DNA of 64,000 nt from Arenimonas sp. (GTDB lineage: Bacteria; Pseudomonadota; Gammaproteobacteria; Xanthomonadales; Xanthomonadaceae), in assembly GCF_022842045.1 (NCBI RefSeq), contig NZ_JALHQI010000001.1, forward strand, positions 9,774-73,773, read 5' to 3'. Below are positions 29,345 through 38,605 of this stretch, in pieces; positions within the stretch are counted from its first letter, which is position 1; each line of letters starts with the position of its first letter. The translations under genes were made by a program, and so were the position numbers. The notes under the pieces were generated by a model. It was not told the origin of the DNA and did not search any database. It saw nothing but the letters and a program-made list of their open reading frames with translations.

Positions 29345-29695
29345 TCAGTAGAACAGGGGCATGAGGTAGGGAAATACGAGGGCGATCAGCACCAGGCAGG
29401 CGACCACCCAGAAGCTCGCCTTGTAGGCCATACGCACTCGGGGCACGGCACACACTTCGTCGGGCGCGCAGGCACGGGCCGGACGGAAGATGCGACGCCA
29501 TGCCAAGAGCAGCGCCGCGAGTGCCATGCCAATGAAGATCGGACGGTAGGGTTCCAGCCCGCTGAGGTTGCCAATCCAGGCCCCGGAGAAGCCCAACGTG
29601 ATCAGCACTAGCGGACCGAGGCAGCAGGTCGAGGCGAGGATGGCGGCGAATCCGCCAACGGCCAGGGCGCCGCGGCCATTGCCCAAGTCTGCCAT
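29345..29695 (-). CDS. merT: Mercuric ion transporter
   Basis: 116 aa; ASTCCLGPL, WIGNL..LEPYRP, CAPDEVC. Confidence 0.93.
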   Translation of the reverse strand: MADLGNGRGALAVGGFAAILASTCCLGPLVLITLGFSGAWIGNLSGLEPYRPIFIGMALAALLLAWRRIFRPARACAPDEVCAVPRVRMAYKASFWVVACLVLIALVFPYLMPLFY

Positions 29696-29729
29696 GGGAT
29701 TTTCTTCCGAAATTGTGCGTGATGCGCTA

Positions 29730-29760
29730 ACGTTACTTCCGTAGTCAAGTACGGAGTCAA
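29730..29760 (-). promoter_or_regulatory. mer operator/promoter (PmerT)
   Basis: Minus strand TTGACT-CCGTACTTGACTACGGAAG-TAACGT, near-canonical Tn501/Tn21 layout. Confidence 0.92.
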
Positions 29761-29765
29761 GCGGC

Positions 29766-30185
29766 ATGACGATCACGCGGGAAACCCTGACCATTGGGGC
29801 CTTCGCCAAGGCCGCCGGGGTCAACGTGGAGACCATCCGGTTTTATCAACGCAAGGGTCTTCTGCCCGAGCCGGACCGTCCCATCGGCGGCATCCGCCGC
29901 TATGGGCCGACCGACGTGGACCGGGTGAAGTTCGTGAAGTCCGCCCAACGCCTGGGTTTCAATTTGGACGAGGTCGCACAACTGCTCCAGTTGGAGGACG
30001 GAACCCACTGCCACGAAGCCGCCGACCTTGCAACAGCGCGGCTGGCAGACGTGCGCTTGCGGCTGACGGACCTCCAGCGCATGGAGTCGACGCTCGCCCA
30101 ACTGGTGAAGGCGTGCAGTTCGAGCCGAGGCAAGGTGACTTGCCCCCTGATTGCCTGCTTGCACCAGCATGCGCCAGCAGACTAA
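29766..30185 (+). CDS. merR: Hg(II)-responsive regulator
   Basis: [32 protein letters not shown]...GKVTCPLI; divergent from merT. Confidence 0.93.
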   Translation: MTITRETLTIGAFAKAAGVNVETIRFYQRKGLLPEPDRPIGGIRRYGPTDVDRVKFVKSAQRLGFNLDEVAQLLQLEDGTHCHEAADLATARLADVRLRLTDLQRMESTLAQLVKACSSSRGKVTCPLIACLHQHAPAD

Positions 30186-30303
30186 TCCGCCAGTGATGGC
30201 GAAATGCAGGCAAGCAAACGAGACCGGGAACCTACAACCGAAAGCGTTCAGCTGAAAAGGCTTCGGGCGGGCTTCCCATGCTTGCCTCCAGACCGCGTGG
30301 CCG

Positions 30304-31374
30304 CTACAGCCAGCGCCTCGCCCACCAGCCGATCAGCTCCAGTCCCGGCGCGTACCACGGTCGCTGCGTCCAGGCCTCGGCTAGTACCTCCCGAGACTCG
30401 GCCAAATCTTGAACAAAATGATCTGCCAGCGTCGCATTGAGAGCGGGCGCCTGCCCGAGCAGGTTGATTTCGTCGTTCAGGAAGAAGCTGCGGTAGTCGA
30501 AGTTGGCGGTGCCGACTGTCGCCCAACCCCGATCGACCAGGGCTGTTTTTGCGTGCAGCACCCGGGGCTGGTACTCCCAGATGCGGACGCCGGCCTCGAG
30601 CATGTGTGCATACGCCGCCCGCGCGGCCCATTGCGCCAGCGGAACATCGCTCTTTCCCGGTACCAGCAGGCGGACATCCACGCCTCGGCGGGCGGCGCCG
30701 CAAAGGGCCCGCTGGCTGCGCCGGTCCGGCGCGAAGTACGGCGTGGTCAGCCAGAGCCGCTCTCGGGCCTGGTCGAAGGCGTCGGTGAACGCGCAGCGCA
30801 GGCGATGCCGGCAACGACGCGAACGGTTCGACAGCAACGCCAGGGGAGAACGCGCCGTGGGCACGGGACCACGGGGCGCCCGCGGGTACTCATCGAACAG
30901 GGTGATCGCCTCGGCCACCCGCGGGCCGGTCAGGCGGACATGGGTGTCGCGCCAGCGAGCCGCCCCCACGGCCCGCTGGGAATTGCGCCGGTCGAGGTTG
31001 AACCCGCCCAAGTACGCGACGGCGTCGTCGATGATCAGGAGTTTGCGGTGATTGCGGACGTGAAATCGCAAAGGCTTGTGCCAGGACCACGGACGACTCC
31101 AGTGCCATCCCACGCCAGCGTCCTTCATGGACCGAACCCGGCCCGGCGGAATCAGGCGCCACGAGCCCACGGCATCGATGCGGACCTGCACCCGCTTTCC
31201 AGAAAGGGCAGCGTCGGCCAGTGCGGTGAGCATCGGACCGCCGACCTCGTCATCGGCCACGATGTAACACTCCAGGCGTACCTGCGCAGCCGCCCCGGCG
31301 ATGTCCGTGCGCATCGCATCGTAGAGGGTGTCACCCTCCACGAAGACCGTGGTTGTTTCCGGTGCGGATGGCAT
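30304..31374 (-). CDS. Phospholipase D-family / cardiolipin synthase (ClsB-like)
   Basis: Two HKD motifs: RNHRKLLIID and LHAKTALVD...GTANFD.RS. Confidence 0.85.
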   Translation of the reverse strand: MPSAPETTTVFVEGDTLYDAMRTDIAGAAAQVRLECYIVADDEVGGPMLTALADAALSGKRVQVRIDAVGSWRLIPPGRVRSMKDAGVGWHWSRPWSWHKPLRFHVRNHRKLLIIDDAVAYLGGFNLDRRNSQRAVGAARWRDTHVRLTGPRVAEAITLFDEYPRAPRGPVPTARSPLALLSNRSRRCRHRLRCAFTDAFDQARERLWLTTPYFAPDRRSQRALCGAARRGVDVRLLVPGKSDVPLAQWAARAAYAHMLEAGVRIWEYQPRVLHAKTALVDRGWATVGTANFDYRSFFLNDEINLLGQAPALNATLADHFVQDLAESREVLAEAWTQRPWYAPGLELIGWWARRWL

Positions 31375-31570
31375 GGGGCGGCGGTTCGGCAAAGATTTGG
31401 CGCCCAGCCTAGCAGTGCGCCTCGGATTCTGGATCATTGGCCACGGAAGTTGGCGCGCACCTCGGCATCCCGGCCGGCGGTCAGCGGCTTGAGTATGCCG
31501 TCGTAGCGGAAAGCTTCGCGGTCGCAACCTTCAGCGCCCTAGGCACCATTCAAGTGCCTTGGGGACGGGA

Positions 31571-31978
31571 TCACACTGACTCCGCCGGCATTTGCAATCC
31601 GCCCAAGATTGCGCAGGTACCCCGGCGGCCGCCGCAGCAATCAGCAATGGTGCGCTCCAACTCTTGCGCAATTTGTTGCAGTTCGGCCTGTCGCTCCCGG
31701 ATCTCGGCGAGGTGATGGCGCGCGAGCCGGTCCACGTCGTCGCAGGACAGGTCCGGATCCTCCGCCAATCGCAGCAGGTCGCGAATCTCGCTCAGGCTAA
31801 AGCCCAGTTCCCGGCCGCGGGTGATAAAGCGCAGCCGGGCCACATCGTGCTGGCCATAGACCCTATAGCCATTGCCTGTCCGAACCGGCCCAGGAAGCAG
31901 GCCGATGCGCTCGTAGTAGCGGATGGTCTCCAAGTGACAGCCACTGGCGGTCGCGGCCTCACTGATTTTCATTCGCAT
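31571..31978 (-). CDS. CadR/PbrR-like MerR-family regulator
   Basis: MKISEAA...LETIRYYERIGLL, RELGFSLSEIR, SCDDVD, CAIL. Confidence 0.88.
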   Translation of the reverse strand: MRMKISEAATASGCHLETIRYYERIGLLPGPVRTGNGYRVYGQHDVARLRFITRGRELGFSLSEIRDLLRLAEDPDLSCDDVDRLARHHLAEIRERQAELQQIAQELERTIADCCGGRRGTCAILGGLQMPAESV

Positions 31979-31983
31979 CCCGC

Positions 31984-32014
31984 TTGACTCTGTAGTGGCT
32001 ACGGACTTTACGAT
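31984..32014 (+). promoter_or_regulatory. CadR/PbrR-type promoter/operator
   Basis: TTGACT-CTGTAGTGGCTACGGACTT-TACGAT with a 19-bp spacer and GTAG/CTAC dyad. Confidence 0.85.
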
Positions 32015-32049
32015 ACTTCTGTCCCCGCCGCCAACGAAGTGCCCTTGCC

Positions 32050-34020
32050 GTGCCCCAGCCCATCCCTCTGTCTCACTTTCGAACGTGGTCCGGGCTTGCA
32101 GCGTTCCTGATTGGGCTGGCCTGGCTGCTGCCGGTACACGCCGAAACCCCCACGGTTGAGCCGCGACAAACGTGGCAAATGCTCGACTACATGGCGGTGG
32201 ATTATGCCGCGGCCGTCCAGGGTGGCCGCGTCCTGTCGCTGGGCGAATATGCCGAGATGCAGGAATTTGCCAGGGCCGCCCGCCTCCAACTCCAGACCCT
32301 GCCGGCGAGTCCGAACCAGCCGCGGTTGCTGGCCCGAGCCGACCAGTTGGTCGCCGCGGTAGACCTCAGGGCCGACCCCACACAGGTGGCCGTGCTGGCC
32401 CGAGGGATGGCCGACGATCTGTTGGCCGACTATCCGATCGGGGCGGTGCCGGCGTCGCCACCGGAGCCGGCCCGCGTCACGGCGCTCTATGCTCAGCAAT
32501 GTGCGGCCTGCCACGGTCCGTCCGGGCGCGGCGACGGTGTGGCCGGGATCGCCTTGGATCCACCGCCGATCGCCTTTACCGACGCTGGCCGCGCGGCCCA
32601 GCGGACGCCCCTGGCGCTTTATCAAGTCATCTCCCAGGGCGTGCCAGGCACCGGCATGCCCAGCTTTGCAGCGCTGTCGGAAGCAGATCGCTGGGCGTTG
32701 GCGTTCTACACCGGAGGTCTGGCCTACTCCCCTCGCGCTCGCGCGGAAGGGGAGACCTTGTGGCGGGAGCGGGCCGACTTGCGCGGTCGCATCCCCACCC
32801 TCGAAGCCCTCACCCGGGTTCGCGAAGCGGACCTGCTGGCCCCGTTCTCCCCGGCAGAGGCCCACGCCGTCGTCGCCTACCTTCGATCACGCCCCAAGGC
32901 AGTAAACCTGTCGCGTGAGGGTTCCCATCCGTTCGCGCTCGCGCGTGAACGATTGGCCGTCAGCGAGCAAGCGTATGCCGCTGGCGACACGGCGCAGGCC
33001 ACCACATCGGCGTTGTCGGCTTACCTGGACGGTGTAGAGCCGCTCGAGGCAGCCCTGGGGGCCCGCGATCCCTCACTGATGCGAGAGATCGAGACGGCCA
33101 TGGCCCGCTACCGCAGCCAACTCGCCCGCCCCGCCGCCCTGGCGGATGTGAGCGCACAGGCAGCGGAGGTCAACGCACTGTTTGATCGCGCCGAGATGGT
33201 ACTAGCGGACACCCGGATGGACACAACCACGGCCTTTCTGGGCAGCTTCACCATCTTGGTGCGGGAGGGTCTGGAAGCGCTCCTGATCGTGATGGGCATG
33301 ATCGTGTTCCTGCGCAAGGCCGAACGAGCCGACGTCTTGCCGTACGTCCACGCGGGATGGACCAGCGCCTTGCTGGCCGGCGTGGCAACCTGGGCGGCAG
33401 CGACCTATCTGATTGACATCAGCGGTGCCAATCGGGAGTTGACTGAAGGATTATCGGCGCTATTCGCCGCGGCCGTGCTGCTGGGCGTTGGTATCTGGAT
33501 GCACCAAAAGAGTTTGGCCGGACGCTGGCAGCAGTACCTTCAGGCCAGGCTGTCGAAGGCGTTGGCGCGACGATCGGCTCTCTTCTTGTTCGTGCTTGCG
33601 TTCATCGTGGTATATCGCGAAGTGTTTGAAACGATCCTGTTCTTCATCGCGATGTGGAGCGAGGCAGTCTCCGGCGCCATCCTTGCTGGCTTGGCGGCCG
33701 GAAGTTTGGTGCTGGCCGCTGTGGCCTATTGGATGTTTCGGGTCAGCGCACGTCTTCCTGTCGGTCGGTTCTTCTCGATCAGTTCGCTCCTGATCGCCGT
33801 ACTGGCGGTCGTCCTGGCGGGCAAGGGCGTGGCCGCCTTGCAGGAGGCCGGCTGGATCACCCAAGCAGGAGTGCCGGGGCCACGCATTGAGTGGCTGGGC
33901 GTGTACCCGTCCTGGGAGTCCTTGTTGGCGCAGTTGGGCGTGGCGACGCTGGCGACCATTGGCTTCTTAACCAACACCCGGTCGCTGAAAGCGTCGGCGG
34001 CGTCTTCCTCGCGCTCATGA
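32050..34020 (+). CDS. Cytochrome c / FTR1-family permease (PbrT-like)
   Basis: CAACHG heme motif; REGLE and YREVFET FTR1 motifs. Confidence 0.88.
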   Translation: MPQPIPLSHFRTWSGLAAFLIGLAWLLPVHAETPTVEPRQTWQMLDYMAVDYAAAVQGGRVLSLGEYAEMQEFARAARLQLQTLPASPNQPRLLARADQLVAAVDLRADPTQVAVLARGMADDLLADYPIGAVPASPPEPARVTALYAQQCAACHGPSGRGDGVAGIALDPPPIAFTDAGRAAQRTPLALYQVISQGVPGTGMPSFAALSEADRWALAFYTGGLAYSPRARAEGETLWRERADLRGRIPTLEALTRVREADLLAPFSPAEAHAVVAYLRSRPKAVNLSREGSHPFALARERLAVSEQAYAAGDTAQATTSALSAYLDGVEPLEAALGARDPSLMREIETAMARYRSQLARPAALADVSAQAAEVNALFDRAEMVLADTRMDTTTAFLGSFTILVREGLEALLIVMGMIVFLRKAERADVLPYVHAGWTSALLAGVATWAAATYLIDISGANRELTEGLSALFAAAVLLGVGIWMHQKSLAGRWQQYLQARLSKALARRSALFLFVLAFIVVYREVFETILFFIAMWSEAVSGAILAGLAAGSLVLAAVAYWMFRVSARLPVGRFFSISSLLIAVLAVVLAGKGVAALQEAGWITQAGVPGPRIEWLGVYPSWESLLAQLGVATLATIGFLTNTRSLKASAASSSRS

Positions 34021-34209
34021 GCTACCCAAGGGACTTGAGACATTGCCGCCGCGCCGCGACCTCCGCGTGCGCCGCACTCCTCCTGAACAGCGTGCCGTGG
34101 CCAACGCATGGACTGCGTGCCGAATTCGCCTCGGGCTGGAACCTTGCCGCGAGGTGGCCCACGTTGGCTGCTCTCTGCGGTTCATTCTCGCCCTCCACCG
34201 GAGAAGCTC

Positions 34210-34818
34210 ATGAGTGACTGCGGTTGTGACCACGAAGCAAAGAACGCACAAGAGCGCCGCATCCTGAAGATTGCGTTGGCTCTCAATGCGGCGATGGCGG
34301 TGATCGGCGGCATCGCCGGTTGGATCGCCCAGTCGACCGGACTGCTGGCCGATGCACTCGATATGTTGTCGGATGCCCTCGCCTACACGATCGGGTTGGT
34401 CGCCATTGGACGCGCTGCGCGTTTCAAAGCCAATGCGGCGTTGCTAAGCGGCAGTGTCTTGCTGGCACTGGGCCTGGGCGTGCTGGCCGAGGTCGGGCGC
34501 CGGGTGGTTCACGGCGCCGAACCGGCCAGCAGTTGGATGATTGGGACGGCACTGCTGTCTTTGGGGGTCAACGTCACTGTATTGCGCTTGCTCGCGCCGC
34601 TGAAGACGGGAGGGGTGCACCTGCGCGCCACGTGGCTGTTCACCCGCGCCGATGTCGTGGCTAATCTGGGGGTGATTCTTGCGGGCGGTTTGGTCCTGTG
34701 GTTCCACTCGCCCTATCCCGACTTTATGATTGGCACGTTGATCGGACTGTATGTCATCAAGGAATCGTTCGAGATTCTGCGCGATGCCCGCCGTGCCCGG
34801 AAGGGGGCTGGCACATGA
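34210..34818 (+). CDS. Cation diffusion facilitator-type (Cd/Zn/Co/Pb) transporter lacking the C-terminal domain
   Basis: MSDCGC, GLLADALDMLSDA, WLFTRADVVAN. Confidence 0.85.
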   Translation: MSDCGCDHEAKNAQERRILKIALALNAAMAVIGGIAGWIAQSTGLLADALDMLSDALAYTIGLVAIGRAARFKANAALLSGSVLLALGLGVLAEVGRRVVHGAEPASSWMIGTALLSLGVNVTVLRLLAPLKTGGVHLRATWLFTRADVVANLGVILAGGLVLWFHSPYPDFMIGTLIGLYVIKESFEILRDARRARKGAGT

Positions 34819-35399
34819 GGCAGCCTGACCGGTCAAGACGAGACGGTGATGCCCTCCGCGCTGGCGACGTTTGTGCGCGTCAGGGAGCGCCCGGAGTGGA
34901 GGGAATCCGCACGAGCGCCTTCGCATGGCTGCTGCTCTCGCTGGCGGTGCTGTTGTTGGACCAAGCCACCAAGCTGTGGGCGGTGACGGTGCTGCCACAT
35001 AACGTGGACGTGGCTGTCGTTGAGGGGTGGTGGAACTGGAGTCGTTCCTACAATTCCGGTGCGGCGTTTGGCTTGCTGGGCGGCGCGGGGGGCTGGCAGC
35101 GGCCTGCGCTTACGGCATTGGCACTAGGCGTTTGTGCTTTCCTTGTTTACTCGCTTCGCCGCCTGCCCCGACGGTCATGGCGACTGGCGGTCCCGTACGC
35201 ATTGGTGATTGGAGGTGCGTTGGGCAATGCGGCCGATCGGCTCATTCGGGGGCAGGTCGTCGACTTCATTCAGTGGTACTGGAGGGACTTCTTCTGGCCC
35301 ACATTTAATGTGGCCGACATGGCCATCGTCATCGGGGCGGTGGCGATCGCGGCAAACGGCCTGATGCGACCGAAGTCCTCGCAAGGACAGTCGTTTTGA
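34815..35399 (+). CDS. lspA: Lipoprotein signal peptidase II
   Basis: DQATK, NSGAAFG, GGALGNAADR, VVDFI, FNVAD. Confidence 0.88.
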   Translation: MRQPDRSRRDGDALRAGDVCARQGAPGVEGIRTSAFAWLLLSLAVLLLDQATKLWAVTVLPHNVDVAVVEGWWNWSRSYNSGAAFGLLGGAGGWQRPALTALALGVCAFLVYSLRRLPRRSWRLAVPYALVIGGALGNAADRLIRGQVVDFIQWYWRDFFWPTFNVADMAIVIGAVAIAANGLMRPKSSQGQSF

Positions 35400-35604
35400 G
35401 GGGTTTCTCGGCACGCCGGATGCGGCGGCGGCCTGGCATCGGCTGCGCTGTCGGCTCCGGGCGACCGTGGAGCCCCCTGAGAGCCCTCACGCCCGCGATG
35501 TCTTTGAAGCTATCCGGACTCTCATGTCCTCCTGAACGCGACGCGGCGAGGAGAGGGGAATGAAATTGTGTAACCCCAGGACCGTCAGGTACGCTGCCAC
35601 GGCA

Positions 35605-35994
35605 ATGCGTACTTCCCCTCCCCTGCTGATGGCCCGACTTCGCGCATCCGTGCGCGTGGCCGCGTGGGTGCTGTTGGTGTTCCTGCTCAAGGTGGGCATG
35701 GTCGCGGCCTGCACCGTGGATGAGATGCAGGACAGCACTTGGGGAGTGACCAGCACCCAGGTGCCGGCGACGGATGCCGCGCTTCCGGCCGAGGCATCGG
35801 AGGCGGATGAACCATCGTCGCTCCTCGCGCATGCGGCGGGCGGCTGCTTGGATTGCCATTGTCACCATGCGGCGGCCTTGCCGCCCATGACCGTCACCCT
35901 GGCCGGACCGCCGGCCATGCCCCGCGTCCTACCCCCGCCCGTCGCCATGCCGATCGGCGCCGCACGCAACGAGCTTCGCCCGCCCATTCTCTGA
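35605..35994 (+). CDS. CopL/CzcI-like His/Cys leader protein ending RPPIL
   Basis: Hydrophobic N-terminus, CLDCHCHH, C-terminal ELRPPIL; start uncertain (35560, 35605 or 35629). Confidence 0.7.
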   Translation: MRTSPPLLMARLRASVRVAAWVLLVFLLKVGMVAACTVDEMQDSTWGVTSTQVPATDAALPAEASEADEPSSLLAHAAGGCLDCHCHHAAALPPMTVTLAGPPAMPRVLPPPVAMPIGAARNELRPPIL

Positions 35995-36059
35995 GCCCCC
36001 TCGTTTTCGCTCCCTGACGCCCATGCGTCGGGGTCGACGTGTGCTCAGAGGATGTTCCC

Positions 36060-37352
36060 ATGCGTTTGATTACCCCCCCGCGACGCCTTCGCGTCGCGTT
36101 GCTGCCTGCGATTGTCCTGCTCTTGGCAGGCGCGTTGGCCGCGCCCACCCATGCCGCCGCTCCCGCTGCGTCTCCTATCGCACTGCGCGATGCCGTGACC
36201 GCAGCCTGGCGCGCCCATCCCAGCGCTCGGGCAACCGAGGCCACCTTGGCCGCCGCTCGCGCCCGTGCCGATGCCGCCGGCCGCCCGCTGTACAACCCCG
36301 AGCTCCAATTCTCGGCCGATGACGAAGGGGCAGACCGCACCACCACCGCCGGCGTCAGCCTGGCCCTGGACCTGAGCGGCAAGCGTCGCGCCCGGCGCGA
36401 CGCGGCCGCGTCGCAGTTGGACATCGCCGTGGCCCAGGCCCGGCTGAGCCGACGTGATTTCGTGGCCGCCTGGCTGGTGGGTTGGGCGGATTGGCAAAGC
36501 GCGTCACGGCGGGTGCAGCAAGGCGAGCAACGCCTGGCGCTGATCTCCCGATTTGCCGATCTGGCCGACAAGCAGTTCGGCGTGGGCGACATCTCGTCGC
36601 TTGAACGGGATCTGGCCCGGCTGGCCCGCGATGAAGCCGAAGCGGAACAGGCGGCGCTGCTGGCCGAAGCCGCCGAGGCCGAGGAAGCCTTCCGCAACGT
36701 CGGCGGACAGCCCGACGCCGTGGCCTCGGACTCGGCGTGGTCGCAGGCGCTGCCGGATGTGGCGCCCGCTCCCACGACCTGGGAGGCCTTGCCGGAATGG
36801 CAGATCGCGCAGGCCCAGTCCGAAGGGGCGGCCCGTCAGGTCACCGTCGCACAACGCGACCGAGTTCCGGACCCGACGCTCGCGCTCACCGGCGGCCGAA
36901 TCGACTACGGTCCCGTCTCGGACAACGTGGTGGGCGTGTCGCTCAGCGTGCCGCTGTTCGTGCGCAACCCCTACCGGGCCGAGGTCGTGGCCGCGCTTGC
37001 CGATGCCGATGCCGCAGCAGCCCAGGCCGACATCACCGGGGCGCAGTTGGCCTCGCGGGCCCAGCGCACGGCGGCCAGTTATGCCGCGGTCCGTCGTGCC
37101 TTTGCCCGCTGGAGCCAAAGTACCGGTACCGATGTCGAAAAACGGGCCGAGCTGCTGGAACGCCTCTGGCGCGCCGGCGAGCTCTCGACCGCTGACTACC
37201 TGCTCCAGCTCAAGCAGACCCTGGATACCGCCCTTGCCGGCGCCGCGCTGGAAGGTCAGCTCTGGCGCCGCGCCACCGATTACCTCGCCGCCACCGGCCA
37301 GCTCGAAGCCTGGCTCGGAATGAATGACGCGACTGGAGAAACTTCGCGATGA
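36060..37352 (+). CDS. czcC: CzcC-like TolC-family outer membrane protein
   Basis: Signal peptide, YNPEL, PDPTL, LSVPLFVRN; first gene of an RND triplet. Confidence 0.85.
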   Translation: MRLITPPRRLRVALLPAIVLLLAGALAAPTHAAAPAASPIALRDAVTAAWRAHPSARATEATLAAARARADAAGRPLYNPELQFSADDEGADRTTTAGVSLALDLSGKRRARRDAAASQLDIAVAQARLSRRDFVAAWLVGWADWQSASRRVQQGEQRLALISRFADLADKQFGVGDISSLERDLARLARDEAEAEQAALLAEAAEAEEAFRNVGGQPDAVASDSAWSQALPDVAPAPTTWEALPEWQIAQAQSEGAARQVTVAQRDRVPDPTLALTGGRIDYGPVSDNVVGVSLSVPLFVRNPYRAEVVAALADADAAAAQADITGAQLASRAQRTAASYAAVRRAFARWSQSTGTDVEKRAELLERLWRAGELSTADYLLQLKQTLDTALAGAALEGQLWRRATDYLAATGQLEAWLGMNDATGETSR

Positions 37353-38575
37353 ACCCGAAAAGCTACCTGTTGATTCCCGCCGGTGCGGTCCTGGTCCTGT
37401 CTTTGGCAGGCTGTGGCGCCGAGCCTGCGGCGACGCCTTCACCCCAGGCCGTGGCCACCGACACGAGCACGCCACGCGGCGAAGACGCTGAACATGCCGA
37501 CGAGGCAGGCCAGGAAAAGGCGGGCCACGACGATGAGGCCGGGCATGACGAAGAGGCCGGCCACGATGAGGCGGAAGAAGGCGCGGAACCGGTTCGCATG
37601 GACGCGGCCGCGCTGGAAGCCGCCGGCATCAAGCTGGCGACCCTGGATGCGCGTTCACTGAGCGAACCGCTGCAGGCCCCGGGTGAAGTCCTGGACAACG
37701 CCTACGGCACCACTCTGATCACGCCGCGGGTCGAGGCCCTGGTGGTCCGCCGCCATGCCAAGCTGGGAGATGAAGTGGCCGCCGGCGCGCCACTGGTGAC
37801 GCTGTCGTCCGTGGAGGTGGCGCAAGCCCAAGGGGCGCTGGCCATCGCCGAGCAGGATTGGAAGCGCGTTCAATCCCTGGGACGCGAAGCTGTGTCGGGC
37901 CGCCGCTACCAGGAAGCCCAGGTCACCGTCGAGCAGGCACGGGCGACGGCGCGGGCCTACGGCTTGCCGGGCACGGCCACGGGCCGGTCCAATGGCGAGT
38001 TCACGCTGACCGCGCCACACGCCGGCCGCCTGACCGAGGACGCCTTTGTGGTCGGCGAGCGGATCGAGCCCGGCCGGACCCTGTTCCGATTGGTGGATGA
38101 AGCCGTCGTCTGGGTCGATGCCACGCTCCCGGCCGAGCAGGCCCGGCGCATCGCCATCGACAGCACCGCGCAGGTGGTGCTGGGCCAGGTGCGACTGCCC
38201 GGCAAGGTGGTGCAGCGCGCGCACCGCACTTCCGAGAACACCCGGACGGCGCTGGTGCGAATCGAAGTAGCCAACGAGGGCGATCGCCTGCACGGCGGCG
38301 ATTACGTCGAGGTCTATCTCGATGCCGGCGGTGGCAGCGACCCGCAGCTGGCGGTGCCGACGGCGGCGCTGGTGCAGTTAGAGGGCGAGAACGTGGTCTT
38401 CAAGGAGACCGATGGCGCCCTGGCGCCCGTGGCGGTTCGCCCCGGTCCGGTGGTCGGCGACCACACCGTCATCGCCGACGGCCTGGTCATCGGCGACCGG
38501 GTGGTCGTCGAGGGCGCCTACGTGCTCAAGGCCCAGATGCTCAAGGCGCAACTGGGAGAAGGTCATGGTCATTGA
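37349..38575 (+). CDS. czcB: CzcB-like MFP adaptor (lipoprotein signal LAGC)
   Basis: His/Asp/Glu N-terminal repeats, MFP halves, C-terminal GEGHGH. Confidence 0.87.
   Translation: MNPKSYLLIPAGAVLVLSLAGCGAEPAATPSPQAVATDTSTPRGEDAEHADEAGQEKAGHDDEAGHDEEAGHDEAEEGAEPVRMDAAALEAAGIKLATLDARSLSEPLQAPGEVLDNAYGTTLITPRVEALVVRRHAKLGDEVAAGAPLVTLSSVEVAQAQGALAIAEQDWKRVQSLGREAVSGRRYQEAQVTVEQARATARAYGLPGTATGRSNGEFTLTAPHAGRLTEDAFVVGERIEPGRTLFRLVDEAVVWVDATLPAEQARRIAIDSTAQVVLGQVRLPGKVVQRAHRTSENTRTALVRIEVANEGDRLHGGDYVEVYLDAGGGSDPQLAVPTAALVQLEGENVVFKETDGALAPVAVRPGPVVGDHTVIADGLVIGDRVVVEGAYVLKAQMLKAQLGEGHGH
37520..37570 (+). repeat. Intragenic imperfect 18-bp tandem repeat encoding AGHD(D/E)E x3
   Basis: GCGGGCCACGACGATGAG / GCCGGGCATGACGAAGAG / GCCGGCCACGATGAG. 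Confidence 0.8.
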
Positions 38576-38605
38576 CGCCCGCGTCGCCGCGCGCGGAGGT
38601 GCGCC

